Shown piece after piece: positions 47,972-58,892 of a stretch of 64,000 nucleotides of DNA. Source of the stretch: Candidatus Aminicenantales bacterium (GTDB lineage Bacteria > Acidobacteriota > Aminicenantia > Aminicenantales > UBA4085); NCBI GenBank assembly GCA_049515535.1, contig JBEKTZ010000006.1, positions 124,001-188,000 of the forward strand, given 5' to 3'. Under the pieces are notes generated by a model that saw only the letters and a program-made list of their open reading frames with translations, was not told the DNA's origin and searched no databases. The number at the start of each line of letters is the position of its first letter. Position 1 is the stretch's first letter. Position numbers and translations under genes: made by a program.

Positions 47972-50357
47972 ATTTTTCGTGAAAAGCCGGCGCGAGCTGC
48001 CCGCGCTCCTGGCCCTGGCCTTTCTTTCGCTGGCCATGACTTATCCCCTCGTTTTTCATCCATCCGACCGCGTTCCCTCGGACCTCAGGGACCCCCTTTA
48101 TACCATGTGGGTCCTGAATTGGGACGTCCGGGCGGCCGGAGCCGGTTTCGCCCATTTCGCGGACGCCAATATTTTTTATCCTCATCGGGGCACGCTGTTC
48201 TACGCGGACGCGCTTCCCGGCCTGGCGGCGCTCGGAGCTCCGATTCTCCTCCTCAGCGGCAATCCTGTCTTGACCTACAATGTCTTATTCATCCTTTCAT
48301 TTTTTTTAGGCGGCCTTGGCATGTTCTTGCTCGTCAAGCATCTGACGTCATCGAGAAACGCGGGCTTTCTCGCCGGCGTCATTTTCGCTTTTTTCCCCTA
48401 TCATTTCGCCCATCTCAGCCATCTCGAGCTTCTCTTCTGTTGTTGGATGCCTTTCTGCTTCTTGTTCATCCATCGGTTCTTCGAAAAACCGTCCATCAAA
48501 AATCTGGCGGGGATCGCCGTCTTCTACGCGCTTCAAGTCCTGAGTTGCGCTTACTACGGCGCCTACCTGACGCTTTTTTCCGGGCTTGCCGGCCTCTATT
48601 TCGCCCTCAAACAGGGCGACTGGAGGAAAGGACGTTTCTGGGGGAAAATGGCGATCCTCGCGGCCGTCTGCGGCGGCATCCTCTTTCCGTATTTTTCTTT
48701 GATTTCTCGCGTCCACGCCAGAATGCTGTTCACCAGGCCCATGTGGGAAGTGAAACTCTTTTCCGCGGAGCTCCAGCACTATCTCGCCGTTCCGTCCATC
48801 AATATCGCCTGGGGCTGGCTTACCGGACGGCTCGGCGCCCAGGAATGGCAGCTCTTTCCCGGCTTGGTTCCGATCTTTTTAACGGCCTTCTGGCTGTTCA
48901 AGACGAGGCCGCGGCAGCCGGCCGCTCCCGAACGGCCGCTGAATCCAAAAAAGAAACCCCTTTTCATTCTTTGGGATGTGCTCAATGTCCTCGTATTCTG
49001 CGCGGTCCTTGGCCTGGGCCTGACGGGCGGCTTTGATCTCAATGCCGGGCTGTTCAAGATCACCGCGCATCATCTCGATCATATCGTGATATTTCTCTTG
49101 ATCTCCCTGTGTTCGCGGGCGTTGCTGGATCCGCGGATCCGGAGCCGTCTCCAGGCTTTTTCGAGGGTGATCCGCTCCGCGGAAAAGGTTTATCTTTTCA
49201 TGCTGGTCTCCGCCTGGCTGCTTTCGTTCGGGCCGGTCATTCGCTGTCTCGGACGAGAAATCGTCGCCGGCCCCTATAACCTTTTGTTTAAATGGGTCCC
49301 CGGGTTCCAGAACCTCAGAGTTCCCAGTCGTTTCGCGGTGATGCTGATGGTCGGCCTCTCCGTCTTGAGCGGCTGGGGCGCCTTGAGGATTTTGGATCGG
49401 TGGAAATCGGCCCGCGGAAAAAACCGGGTGGCCGCAGCGATCGTAGCCCTCATCCTTCTGGAATATTTGTCCGTGCCCGTTCCCTTGGTTCCCGTTCCGG
49501 TCAATGATCGGATCCCCCGGATTTATGCGGCCGTCGAAAAACTTCCGAAAGATGCCGCGCTCATCGAGCTGCCCATGCCTGCCCACGACCATGAGGAATA
49601 CGAAGAAGCTCCGGCCGTCTATTATTCCATCTATCACAAGAAGGCCATCGTCAACGGCTACAGCGGCTATTCGCCCCCGGGTTACAGGGTCGTGCGCGAG
49701 GCGATGGAGCAGTTCCCGTCCGAGGAGACCTTCCGTCTTTTGGAAGACCTGGGAGTGGATCATATCGTGGTTCATACGGACGGCTATCGCGCCGAAAAAG
49801 GGCGGGATATCATCGAGCGGCTCAAGGACTTCTCCTCGCGCGCCGGTCTCGTCGTCGACGCGAACGGCGATTATCTCTATCGGCTGATCGTCCGACAAAG
49901 GGAAGCGGCCGCCGACGAAGGACTTCGGACGACCGGCGACCGGACGAAATGGCGCGCCCGCGCGAGCTTGAATCAAAACACGATCGGCCTGGCCACCGAT
50001 GGCGATATCGACACGGGGTGGTCCACGGGCTTCCCGCAGCGGAAAGACGATTTCTTCGAGCTCGACCTCGGTGAGATTGTGCCGATGAAGAAGATCATTC
50101 TCCACCTGAATAACAACCCCCTGGATTTTCCCCGCAGTTTTCGCGTCGAAGGTTCGGCGGACGGAAAGGCGTGGAGAAATCTCTACGAAAAGACGGGCTT
50201 TTTTCCGGCTCTCGATTCTTCCATGATCGAGGATTTCCGCCGATATGTCGTGCCCATCCCGTTCGCGGCGGCGGCCGTCCGTTATATCCGGATCACGCTG
50301 ACCGCTGCCCATGAAGTGCGCCACTGGTCGATCAATGAAATATCGATCATGAATTGA
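47964..50357 (+). CDS. Multi-pass GT-C-like (YfhO-type) membrane protein with C-terminal F5/8 discoidin domain
   Basis: ANIFYP..TL, LRVPSRF, VNGYSGY; DGDIDTGWS...DLG...PRSFRVEGSADG..W...RYIRI...WSINEI. Confidence 0.72.
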   Translation: MNEFFVKSRRELPALLALAFLSLAMTYPLVFHPSDRVPSDLRDPLYTMWVLNWDVRAAGAGFAHFADANIFYPHRGTLFYADALPGLAALGAPILLLSGNPVLTYNVLFILSFFLGGLGMFLLVKHLTSSRNAGFLAGVIFAFFPYHFAHLSHLELLFCCWMPFCFLFIHRFFEKPSIKNLAGIAVFYALQVLSCAYYGAYLTLFSGLAGLYFALKQGDWRKGRFWGKMAILAAVCGGILFPYFSLISRVHARMLFTRPMWEVKLFSAELQHYLAVPSINIAWGWLTGRLGAQEWQLFPGLVPIFLTAFWLFKTRPRQPAAPERPLNPKKKPLFILWDVLNVLVFCAVLGLGLTGGFDLNAGLFKITAHHLDHIVIFLLISLCSRALLDPRIRSRLQAFSRVIRSAEKVYLFMLVSAWLLSFGPVIRCLGREIVAGPYNLLFKWVPGFQNLRVPSRFAVMLMVGLSVLSGWGALRILDRWKSARGKNRVAAAIVALILLEYLSVPVPLVPVPVNDRIPRIYAAVEKLPKDAALIELPMPAHDHEEYEEAPAVYYSIYHKKAIVNGYSGYSPPGYRVVREAMEQFPSEETFRLLEDLGVDHIVVHTDGYRAEKGRDIIERLKDFSSRAGLVVDANGDYLYRLIVRQREAAADEGLRTTGDRTKWRARASLNQNTIGLATDGDIDTGWSTGFPQRKDDFFELDLGEIVPMKKIILHLNNNPLDFPRSFRVEGSADGKAWRNLYEKTGFFPALDSSMIEDFRRYVVPIPFAAAAVRYIRITLTAAHEVRHWSINEISIMN

Positions 50358-50376
50358 TGGCTCCGGTGACACACAT

Positions 50377-53300
50377 ATGAAGATGCATCTTTTATGTTTC
50401 ATGATCGTCCTTTTGGCCGGACTCTGTTTCGCTCAGGACATTCCTTATAAAACCGGCCAGTGGAACGGCGATGAGCTCGGCAATCACCGGGCCGTCATCC
50501 GCGTGGACGCCGGGGCCGATGCTGTCTGGGCCCATATTCCCTGGCGGCGGAGGGACGCGAGTCCCGAAAAGAAAGGGTTTATTCTCATGGACGGGCGGAC
50601 GGGCGCGCGAGTGAAAAATGTCTTCCCGGCCGATATCAAGCGTGAATACGGGGATATCATTTTTCAGCCGGTATCGGGCCGGGGAGAATATTATGTCTAT
50701 GACATGCCCTATACGCTGGCCGGCAGCCGGAACTATCCCAACGCCGTCTATCCGGCGCCGGAGAAGACGGCGGAGCCGGAATGGCTGTCCCGCAACGGCT
50801 TGCGAAACGCGGCGACAAGCGACGCCGCGCTCAGCTCGGTGTCCGTCGCCGGAAAATTCCCGCAAGCGCGCGTCGTCGAATTTCAGTCGATCGACGCGTT
50901 CAATAGCTTTGATCCGATGGAAATCATCGCCACGGCTGAAGAAACCAAAAGGTTGTCGGCCGGATTTCCGGATGCCCCGTATCTCCTTTTTCCCGAGGAC
51001 CGGAAATTTTCCATCCGGATGACGGACGATCTCCCGCTGCGCTGGATCCGGAACGGGCCGCGAAAGGAATTCAGCGGCGAAGCCGCGCGAGGGGAATATT
51101 ATGCCTTTCAAATCGGGGTCTATGCCGCCCGGGCGGATCTCGCGGACGTTGCGGTCGTTTTCGGCGATTTAAAGAATGGCGCAGGGGCCGGGATGATCCC
51201 CTCGTCCGCGTTCCATTGCCTCAATACGGGAGGCATCGATTGGAACGGCGAGCCCTTGAAAAAAAACGTTTTGGTCCCCAGGGGCAAAATTCAGGCGTTC
51301 TGGTGCGGCGTCCAGGTGCCGATGGACACGGCGCCCGGCGATTATGAAGGGCTCGTCCGCGTCCGGCCGAAGAACCTGCCGGAAGGGGAGATCGCGCTGA
51401 GGCTCAAGATCACGAACGAGGTCCTGCCCGATGCGGGCGACGGCGATCCTTCCCGGATGTCGAGAATCCGATGGCTCGACTCGACGCTCGCCTCGGACGA
51501 CGAGCTCGTCGCGCCGTTCACGCCCTTGAAAATTGAGGGCGATACGGTGAACTGCCTGGGGAGAAGCGTCACTCTCGGGAGATCCGGATTGCCGATTCAG
51601 GTTCGGAGCTTCTTCGCTCCGGACGTTACGCGGATCGTTCAAAACGGCCGCGATCTTTTAGCGGCTCCGTTCGAATTGGTCATCGAGGACGGCGCCGGAT
51701 CCAGGCTGGCCTGGAATGACGAAGCGATCCATTTCGTGAAAAGGACCCCCGGCGCCGTCGGCTGGGAAACCTCCCGCCGCGGCGGGCCGGCGACGGCCGA
51801 GATCAAGGCCCGCATGGAAATGGACGGCGACCTTGAATTTCAGGTCAGGCTGTCCGTCACGAGCGCGCTCGAGGTCAAGGATATCCGTCTGGAAATCCCT
51901 TTTGTCGAGGATGCCGCGAAATATATGATGGGGATGGGATTCAAGGGCGGCCGCCGCCCGGCCGAATTCCAATGGTCGTGGGACCAGAAAAAAAATCAGG
52001 ACGCCCTTTGGATCGGCGACGTCAATGCGGGCCTGCAGGTCGGTTTGAGAGCGGAGAACTATGCCCGCCCGCTCAACACGAATTTTTACCTGTCCAAACC
52101 ACTGGCCATGCCGCCCTCCTGGTTCAACGAGGGCCGGGGAGAGTGCACGGTCAAACCGGCCGCGGGGAGACGAGTGGTCTTCGCCGCATCGAGCGGGGCG
52201 CGGACTCTTCAACCCGGCCGGGACCTCGATTTCAATTTCACCCTTCTGCTCACGCCCTTCAAGCCGATCGATACGAAGGGCCAATGGGCGACGCGCTTTC
52301 TCCACGCCTTCAAGCCGCTCGACGAGGCGGCGGCGACGGGGGCCAATACCATCAACATCCACCACGCGAACGACATCAATCCGTATATCAATTATCCTTT
52401 CCTGCGAGCGAACGAGATGAAGGCTTACATCGACGCGGCCCACCAGCGCGGCTTTAAGGTCAAGATCTACGATACCATCCGCGAGCTTTCGAACAGGGCT
52501 CCCGAGTTTTTCGCCCTGCGCAGCCTGGGCGGCGAGATCTTCACCCATGGTCCGGGCGGAGGCTATAGCTGGCTGCAGGAACATGTCGGCGGGGATTACA
52601 TCCCGGCCTGGTTCGTTCCGCAGCTCAAGGACGCGGCCCTCATCAACAGCGGCATGTCGCGCTGGCATAATTATTATATCGAGGGATTGAACTGGGCGGC
52701 GAAGAACGTCGGCATCGACGGCCTTTACATCGACGACGTCGCCTTCGACCGGACGACGATGAAGCGCGTCCGCAAGGTCCTCGACCGCAGCCGGCCGGGC
52801 GCCCTCATCGACTTGCATTCGGCCAATCAATTCAATCCCCGGGACGGTTTCGCCTCGAGCGCCAATCTCTATTTGGAGCATTTCCCTTATCTCAACCGGC
52901 TCTGGTTCGGCGAGTACTTCGATTACTTCAATACATCGCCCGATTACTGGTTGGTCGAGATCTCCGGCATTCCGTTCGGCCTCATGGGGGAGATGCTCCA
53001 GGACGGCGGCAACCCCTGGCGCGGCATGATTTATGGCATGACGAACCGTCTGCCGTGGTCGGGAAAAAATCCGGCGGACATCTGGAAAGTCTGGGACGCG
53101 TTTGGAATGGGGGAATCGCAAATGGTCGGATACTGGGTGGACTCGAGCCCGGTCAAAACGGACAACCCGGACGTCCTGGCGACGGCTTATGTGAAAAAAG
53201 ACGAGGTTCTCATTTCCCTGGCCAGTTGGGCGCGCGGCCCGCTCATGTGCCGGCTGAACATCGATTGGAAAGCCCTCGGCCTGGATCCGAGCCGAGCGAA

Positions 53301-53406
53301 ATTGAGCGCGCCCGCGATCCCCGACTTTCAATTCGAGACGTCGTTCGCTCCCGGCGACCCGATCCCGTTCGAGGTCGGAAAGGGCTGGCTGCTGATTCTT
53401 AAATGA
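50377..53406 (+). CDS. Secreted DUF6067 / GH123-like glycoside hydrolase
   Basis: LGNHRAV, RGEYYAFQIG, NIHHAN.INPYINYPF, DGLYIDDVAFDR, LWFGEYFD. Confidence 0.75.
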   Translation: MKMHLLCFMIVLLAGLCFAQDIPYKTGQWNGDELGNHRAVIRVDAGADAVWAHIPWRRRDASPEKKGFILMDGRTGARVKNVFPADIKREYGDIIFQPVSGRGEYYVYDMPYTLAGSRNYPNAVYPAPEKTAEPEWLSRNGLRNAATSDAALSSVSVAGKFPQARVVEFQSIDAFNSFDPMEIIATAEETKRLSAGFPDAPYLLFPEDRKFSIRMTDDLPLRWIRNGPRKEFSGEAARGEYYAFQIGVYAARADLADVAVVFGDLKNGAGAGMIPSSAFHCLNTGGIDWNGEPLKKNVLVPRGKIQAFWCGVQVPMDTAPGDYEGLVRVRPKNLPEGEIALRLKITNEVLPDAGDGDPSRMSRIRWLDSTLASDDELVAPFTPLKIEGDTVNCLGRSVTLGRSGLPIQVRSFFAPDVTRIVQNGRDLLAAPFELVIEDGAGSRLAWNDEAIHFVKRTPGAVGWETSRRGGPATAEIKARMEMDGDLEFQVRLSVTSALEVKDIRLEIPFVEDAAKYMMGMGFKGGRRPAEFQWSWDQKKNQDALWIGDVNAGLQVGLRAENYARPLNTNFYLSKPLAMPPSWFNEGRGECTVKPAAGRRVVFAASSGARTLQPGRDLDFNFTLLLTPFKPIDTKGQWATRFLHAFKPLDEAAATGANTINIHHANDINPYINYPFLRANEMKAYIDAAHQRGFKVKIYDTIRELSNRAPEFFALRSLGGEIFTHGPGGGYSWLQEHVGGDYIPAWFVPQLKDAALINSGMSRWHNYYIEGLNWAAKNVGIDGLYIDDVAFDRTTMKRVRKVLDRSRPGALIDLHSANQFNPRDGFASSANLYLEHFPYLNRLWFGEYFDYFNTSPDYWLVEISGIPFGLMGEMLQDGGNPWRGMIYGMTNRLPWSGKNPADIWKVWDAFGMGESQMVGYWVDSSPVKTDNPDVLATAYVKKDEVLISLASWARGPLMCRLNIDWKALGLDPSRAKLSAPAIPDFQFETSFAPGDPIPFEVGKGWLLILK

Positions 53407-53460
53407 CGAGCGGTTGATAAGTCCTATGGCTCACCATAGGGAACCGGAATATGTCTTTCG

Positions 53461-55881
53461 TCAATCCTTCTTTTCTTCGAAAGCGTCCTTCGCGGCGCGG
53501 GCGAGACGCTTCAGTTCCTTGTCGACGAGGTCGTTGACCGAGCCTTCCTCGAATGTCCCGTCTTCTTTGCGCGCGCCGGCCGGAAGGCCGGTCAGGATCT
53601 CGATCCCTTCATCGATACTGCCGATTGGATAGATATGGAATTGGCCCCTAGCCGCGGCTTCGACGACGTCCGTCCGCAACATCAGATTTTGGACGTTCTG
53701 GCTGGGGATGATGACGCCCTGCGTTCCGCTCAGCCCCTTCGCCTTGCAGACGTCATAAAAGCCCTCGATCTTTTCGTTGACGCCGCCGATGGGCTGGATC
53801 TCGCCTTTCTGGTTCAAGGATCCGGTGACGGCGATCTCCTGTCGCAGAGGCAAGCCCGATAAGCTCGACAGAATCGCGTAAACTTCCGTGGACGAAGCGC
53901 TGTCTCCATCCACGCCGCCGTAGGACTGCTCGAAGGCGATGCTCGCGGACAGGGCGAACGGCCTGTCCTGGGCGTATCTTCCGCGGAGGTACCCTCCGAG
54001 GATGAGCACGCCCTTGTTGTGGGTGCTGCCGCTCATGGCGGCTTCGCGCTCGATGTTGATGACGCCGGCCCGGCCCACGGCCGTCCGGGCCGTGATCCGC
54101 GTCGGCTTGCCGAAGGCGAACTGTCCCATGTCGTAGACCGAGAGGCCGTTGACCTGGCCGACGACCACGCTCCGGGTGTCGATCATGATCGTGCCTTCAT
54201 CGATCATCTCCTGGATCTTGTCCTCGATAAGGCTGACCCGCTCAAACCGCTCCTTGATCGCGGTTTCGACGTGCGGGGCGCTCACGATCTTCATGCCGTC
54301 CTTCCGGGCCCAGTAGCTCGCCTCTCTCAGGACGTCGGCGATCACGTGGAACCGCGTCGAGAGCTTCTTGTGCCGTCCCGCGATGCGTGTCCCGTACTCG
54401 ACGACCGCAGCCATGGCGGACTTGTCGAAAGCCAGGAGGTTGTCCTCTTCGCAGATCTTCTTCATGAAACGGACGTAGTCGCCGATGCTGTCCTCGCTCT
54501 TGGGCATCTCGGAATCGAACTCGGCCTTGATTTTGAAGATCTTTTTGAAGTCCTGGTCGCCGAAATAGAGGAGGTTGTAGATCTCCTCGTCGCCGATCAT
54601 CACGACCTTGACGTTGACCTTGATAGGCTCGGGCTTCAAGCGGGTCGTGGAGAAAAGGAACAACGAGGCGTAGTTCTGGATCTCGAAGATCTGGTTGCGG
54701 AGCGTCCGTTTCAGCGTGGCCCAGACGCCCGGCTCGACGAGAGCGTCGAGCGCGTTGAAAACCAGGAATCCACCGTTCGCCTTGAGGAACGAACCGGCCT
54801 TGATCTTCGTGAAATCGGTCTGCATGACGCCGAAACGGTTGATCGTCGATTCGATCGAGCCGAAGAGATTGATGTAGCTGGGGTTGGTTTCCATCTCCAC
54901 CGGGGCCTGCTTCAGGTCCGAGTTGTCCACGAGGAGGTTGACCCGGTATTCGAGGAAGGGATCGGTGAATTCCTTTTTCTCCTCATCCTTCTTCTGGTTC
55001 TTGAAGAGCTCGATATTGCCGATGAGATGGACCTCAGTGTCGACGAGATATTCGGCGATCTTCGGATTGGCGAACTTGGCCTTGATTTCGGATATGGCGC
55101 CCTTGATCATGGGAGAGATGGATTCGGCGTCCCAGTTCTTGAGGAACGTCCGCGTCTCTTCATCGATTTCGCGCAGCTGCTCGAAGATGCCTTCGAGCTT
55201 TTCCGACAGTTCCTCGTATTTTTTCTTGAGTTCGTCGAGCGCTTTCTGGGACAGCTTTTTCTCGCGGACCATGGACTCGAGCTTGGCGAACGGGGTCGGC
55301 GTCTCGTCGATCATGGGAATGAGGTCGGGTTTGACAAACATGCCCATCTGGACCTGGATCACCGAGAACCCGGACTTGGCCGCCGTCTCCTCGAAGCCCT
55401 GCAGGATGTCTTTCTGTTTGCGCTGCTGGCCTTCGACGATCGCGTCCCGCTTCTCCGCGTAATATTTGCTTTTGAGAAGGTCGGGAATGTTGTGTTTGAG
55501 CATCTCGATGAGGCTGTCCATGGCCTGGGCGAACTGCCGGCCTTTTTCCGGGGGAAGTCTAATCAAGGTCGGCTCGTCGGGATATTTGAAATTATTGACG
55601 TAGAGCAGATCGTCCGGCGGCTGGTCGCCTTTTTCCAGTTTCTCGAGCAATTGCTTGATCGTCGTCGTCCGGCCCGTTCCGACCATGCCCGTGATGAAGA
55701 TGTTGTAGCCCAGGCTCCGGATATCCAGGCCCGTCTGGAGGGCCTTAAGCGCCCGGTCCTGGCCGATGATCTCTTCGCTCGGCGGGCAGGATTCGATCGT
55801 GGCGAAGGGGATCGCGGCCGGGTCGCACCGCCAGCGGAGCTTATCGATGGGGACTTCCGCGAAGTCCGTATTGATCTTCAT
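53461..55881 (-). CDS. Lon family protease (LonB/LonC-like, AAA_32 plus Lon_C)
   Basis: IIGQDRA, GMVGTGRTT, ANGG, GQVNGL, VDGDSAS, TGS..Q.G..QPIGGVNEKIEGF; SD AAGGAG before ATG 55881. Confidence 0.9.
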   Translation of the reverse strand: MKINTDFAEVPIDKLRWRCDPAAIPFATIESCPPSEEIIGQDRALKALQTGLDIRSLGYNIFITGMVGTGRTTTIKQLLEKLEKGDQPPDDLLYVNNFKYPDEPTLIRLPPEKGRQFAQAMDSLIEMLKHNIPDLLKSKYYAEKRDAIVEGQQRKQKDILQGFEETAAKSGFSVIQVQMGMFVKPDLIPMIDETPTPFAKLESMVREKKLSQKALDELKKKYEELSEKLEGIFEQLREIDEETRTFLKNWDAESISPMIKGAISEIKAKFANPKIAEYLVDTEVHLIGNIELFKNQKKDEEKKEFTDPFLEYRVNLLVDNSDLKQAPVEMETNPSYINLFGSIESTINRFGVMQTDFTKIKAGSFLKANGGFLVFNALDALVEPGVWATLKRTLRNQIFEIQNYASLFLFSTTRLKPEPIKVNVKVVMIGDEEIYNLLYFGDQDFKKIFKIKAEFDSEMPKSEDSIGDYVRFMKKICEEDNLLAFDKSAMAAVVEYGTRIAGRHKKLSTRFHVIADVLREASYWARKDGMKIVSAPHVETAIKERFERVSLIEDKIQEMIDEGTIMIDTRSVVVGQVNGLSVYDMGQFAFGKPTRITARTAVGRAGVINIEREAAMSGSTHNKGVLILGGYLRGRYAQDRPFALSASIAFEQSYGGVDGDSASSTEVYAILSSLSGLPLRQEIAVTGSLNQKGEIQPIGGVNEKIEGFYDVCKAKGLSGTQGVIIPSQNVQNLMLRTDVVEAAARGQFHIYPIGSIDEGIEILTGLPAGARKEDGTFEEGSVNDLVDKELKRLARAAKDAFEEKKD

Positions 55882-55982
55882 CGCCGTCTCCTTATGATGA
55901 CGTTCGGGCACAGGTTTATTATCACAAGAATTGGATAAAGACAAGCCAAGTCATGCCTGGTCCGCCGCCCGGGTTCCGTCGT

Positions 55983-56084
55983 CGGCAGCCGGGGTCCCGG
56001 GCTTTGCCTGGGGGTCCACTTCTGCCGTACTCGCCCGTGGATATAAGCCACGGGCGAGTGGCGAACCGAAGGCTCGTCCCTTGA
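55983..56084. repeat. Palindromic repeat family A, copy 3
   Basis: CGGCAG-CCGGGGTCCCGGGCTTTGCCTGGGGGTCCACTT-CTGCCG, identical central hairpin, ends GTCCCTTGA. Confidence 0.9.
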
Positions 56085-56361
56085 CGATCGACCCCGTCGA
56101 CCTCGACCCATCCTTCCCCCGGCGAGGGCCTTGCCGCGTGGGCGCCAGAGCCCCCCGATCGAGGCCGCCCGCGCTTCCTCGAGTGAGATAAAAACCGTGC
56201 AAAGAACGGCTCAATTTGTTAAAATACATAAACTTGGAGAAGGCCATGGGATTCCGCGCGGGTTATGACCGCTGCAACAAAGAGAGATCCGAGACCTTCA
56301 AGAAATCACGGCGGCGGGCGGACCGCTCCTGTCGCCGGATCGATTCGCATAGGAGATGGGC

Positions 56362-56829
56362 ATGAAAACATATGAAGGCAAGCTTCAAGCCAAAGGGTTC
56401 AAGGTCGGCCTGGTCGTCAGCCGGTTCAACGATTTCATCACGAGCAAGCTCCTCGACGGCGCCCTGGATGCGCTCAAAAAGCTCGGCGCCGAGGACGCGG
56501 ACATCGTGATCTATAAAGTTCCCGGCTCGTTCGAAGTCCCGTTCGTCGCCAAGAAACTGGCCCTGTCCAAGAAGGTCGACGGGATCGTCTGCTTGGGCGC
56601 TCTGATCCGGGGCGATACGCCGCATTTCGATTTTCTGAGCGCCGAAGTGACGAAAGGTCTGGCCCAGATCTCGCTCGAGAACGGGATTCCGCTTGCGTTC
56701 GGCATCCTGACGGTCGAGACGATCGAGCAGGGCATCGAACGCGCAGGGACCAAATCCGGCAACAAGGGCTGGGACGCCGTGTTATCTCTGATCGAAACCC
56801 TGAACTTGATGAAGGATTCGAAACTGTAA
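56362..56829 (+). CDS. ribH: 6,7-dimethyl-8-ribityllumazine synthase
   Basis: [43 protein letters not shown]. Confidence 0.96.
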   Translation: MKTYEGKLQAKGFKVGLVVSRFNDFITSKLLDGALDALKKLGAEDADIVIYKVPGSFEVPFVAKKLALSKKVDGIVCLGALIRGDTPHFDFLSAEVTKGLAQISLENGIPLAFGILTVETIEQGIERAGTKSGNKGWDAVLSLIETLNLMKDSKL

Positions 56830-56929
56830 GCCGGAACGCGGGATCTCGACGCTTCGGAAAATGAGCCCCTCGCTTTTCTCATAATCCGAAGGGATGGTTC
56901 CCCGCCGTGAATAGACTCGGATAAAGACC

Positions 56930-57415
56930 ATGGGACAAAGACGATCGGCAAGGGAAAGCGCCCTGCAGATCCTTTTCGAGCTCGAATTCAACGATGCCGG
57001 GCTCGAACCGGCCTTGTCCCGGCACTGGGCCGGGAAGAAAGCCGACGCGGCCGTCCGGGAATACGCCGCCTGGCTGGCTCGGGGGATCGTCCCGCGACGC
57101 GATGAGATCGACGGATTGATCCAGAGCACCTCCACCCACTGGCGCGTCTCCCGCATGGCCCTTGTGGACCGCAATATCCTGCGGATCGCGGTCTTCGAGC
57201 TTCTGGAAGAGAAATTCCTGGCTCCGGCCATCATCATCAACGAGGCCATTGAGATCGCCAAGCGATACAGCGGTCCGGAAGCCGCCGTTTTCGTCAACGG
57301 CGTTCTGGACGCGGTCCGGAAAAAGCTGAATCGAAAAAATGCCCGCGAGGAAGAGAAGGACGATGAACGAACCAAAGAACCCGCCAAGAAACGAACCGCC
57401 GGCGCCGGCGGATGA
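56930..57415 (+). CDS. nusB: Transcription antitermination factor NusB
   Basis: RRSARE.ALQ.LF, VDRNILR.A.FE, INEAIEIAK, FVNGVLD. Confidence 0.95.
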   Translation: MGQRRSARESALQILFELEFNDAGLEPALSRHWAGKKADAAVREYAAWLARGIVPRRDEIDGLIQSTSTHWRVSRMALVDRNILRIAVFELLEEKFLAPAIIINEAIEIAKRYSGPEAAVFVNGVLDAVRKKLNRKNAREEEKDDERTKEPAKKRTAGAGG

Positions 57416-58892
57416 CGCCAAAAAGACCGACCAGGACCTCGCCCGCGAAGAAAAGTTCCAAAAACTGATCCGGGAGGGCGTCGAACCGTTCCCTCACAAG
57501 GTCGAGCGCACGCACGCCGTTTCCGAGATCGTCGGACGCTACGCGGCCCTGGCCAAGGAAGATCTCGAGGCGCAAAAGATCCCGGTGAGCGTCCCGGGCC
57601 GGATCATGACCGTCCGCCTCATGGGGCGGGCGACGTTTTTTCATATCTCAGACGGGAAACGCCGGCTCCAGGTCTATCTTCGGGAGGAGGTCGTCAGCGC
57701 CAAGAAATATGAGCTGTTCGCCCTCTTCGATATCGGCGACATGATCGCCGTGAGGGGCACGCTCTTCAAGACACGCACGGGAGAATTGACCGTGTTCTGT
57801 GAGACCTATGATTTCCTGGCGAAATGCCTCCACCCGCTGCCCGAGAAATGGCACGGACTCCAGGATGTGGAGCTCCGGTATCGCCGAAGATACCTGGACC
57901 TGATCATGAACGCGGACGTCAGGGAGATCTTCCAGCTGAGGAGCGCCCTCGTCGCCCGGATCCGGAGGTTCTTCGACGAGCGGGGCTACATCGAAGTCGA
58001 GACGCCGATGATGCATGCCATCCCGGGCGGGGCTCTGGCCCGGCCTTTCATCACCCATCACAACGCGCTGGACATCGATCTCTTCCTGCGGGTCGCGCCG
58101 GAATTGTACTTGAAACGGCTCGTCGTGGGCGGCATGGAAAAAGTTTATGAGATCAACCGGGTCTTCCGCAACGAAGGCATCGATGCGGAGCACAATCCCG
58201 AGTTCACGATGCTCGAGTTCTACGAGGCCTATTGTGATTACGATGATATGATGGACATGACCGAGAAGCTCCTCGGCGAGCTCGGCCGGGCGCTGCTGGG
58301 CAAGGACGAATTGACGTATGGCGACCGGACGATCTCCCTCCGGGGGCCCTTCAAAAGAATAAAGTTCATGGAGGCCATTTCGAACTACAGCGGCCTGGCC
58401 CCGGAAAAACTGGGAGATCCGGCGGCCGTCATCAAGTTCGCCGAGACCCTGGCCCCCGAGAAAAAGCCGCTCGGCTTCGGCAAGGCGTTGGATATCATCT
58501 TCGACAAACATGTTAAGCCTCAGATCGTCCAGCCGACCTTCATCGTCAACCCTCCCAAGGACGTCTCACCGCTGGCCAAGGCGGCCAAAGGGCATCCCGA
58601 CGAAGCGGCGCGGTTCGAGCTCATGATCGCGGGCATGGAGATCGCCAACGCGTTTTCCGAGCTGACCGATCCCGCGGAACAACGGATGCGGTTCGAACAG
58701 CAGGCCGAGGAGCGCATAAAGGGCGACGAGGAATCCCACCCGATCGACCTGGATTACGTCCAGGCGCTCGAATACGGGCTTCCCCCGACGGGCGGCGAAG
58801 GCATCGGCATCGACCGGCTGGTCATGCTGTTCGCCAACCGGAAGTCGATCCGCGAAGTGATCCTGTTCCCTTTATTGAGGCCGAGAGATTGA
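57363..58892 (+). CDS. lysS: Lysyl-tRNA synthetase (class II)
   Basis: PLPEKWHGL.D.E.RYRRRYLDL, EVETP, FRNEG, HNPEFT, PPTGGEGIGIDRL. Confidence 0.97.
   Translation: MNEPKNPPRNEPPAPADDAKKTDQDLAREEKFQKLIREGVEPFPHKVERTHAVSEIVGRYAALAKEDLEAQKIPVSVPGRIMTVRLMGRATFFHISDGKRRLQVYLREEVVSAKKYELFALFDIGDMIAVRGTLFKTRTGELTVFCETYDFLAKCLHPLPEKWHGLQDVELRYRRRYLDLIMNADVREIFQLRSALVARIRRFFDERGYIEVETPMMHAIPGGALARPFITHHNALDIDLFLRVAPELYLKRLVVGGMEKVYEINRVFRNEGIDAEHNPEFTMLEFYEAYCDYDDMMDMTEKLLGELGRALLGKDELTYGDRTISLRGPFKRIKFMEAISNYSGLAPEKLGDPAAVIKFAETLAPEKKPLGFGKALDIIFDKHVKPQIVQPTFIVNPPKDVSPLAKAAKGHPDEAARFELMIAGMEIANAFSELTDPAEQRMRFEQQAEERIKGDEESHPIDLDYVQALEYGLPPTGGEGIGIDRLVMLFANRKSIREVILFPLLRPRD

Noticed and set aside
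56200..56361. FMN riboswitch upstream of ribH
   Set aside because: No RFN consensus (AGGGCGGGGTGAAATTCCCGACCGGCGGT).
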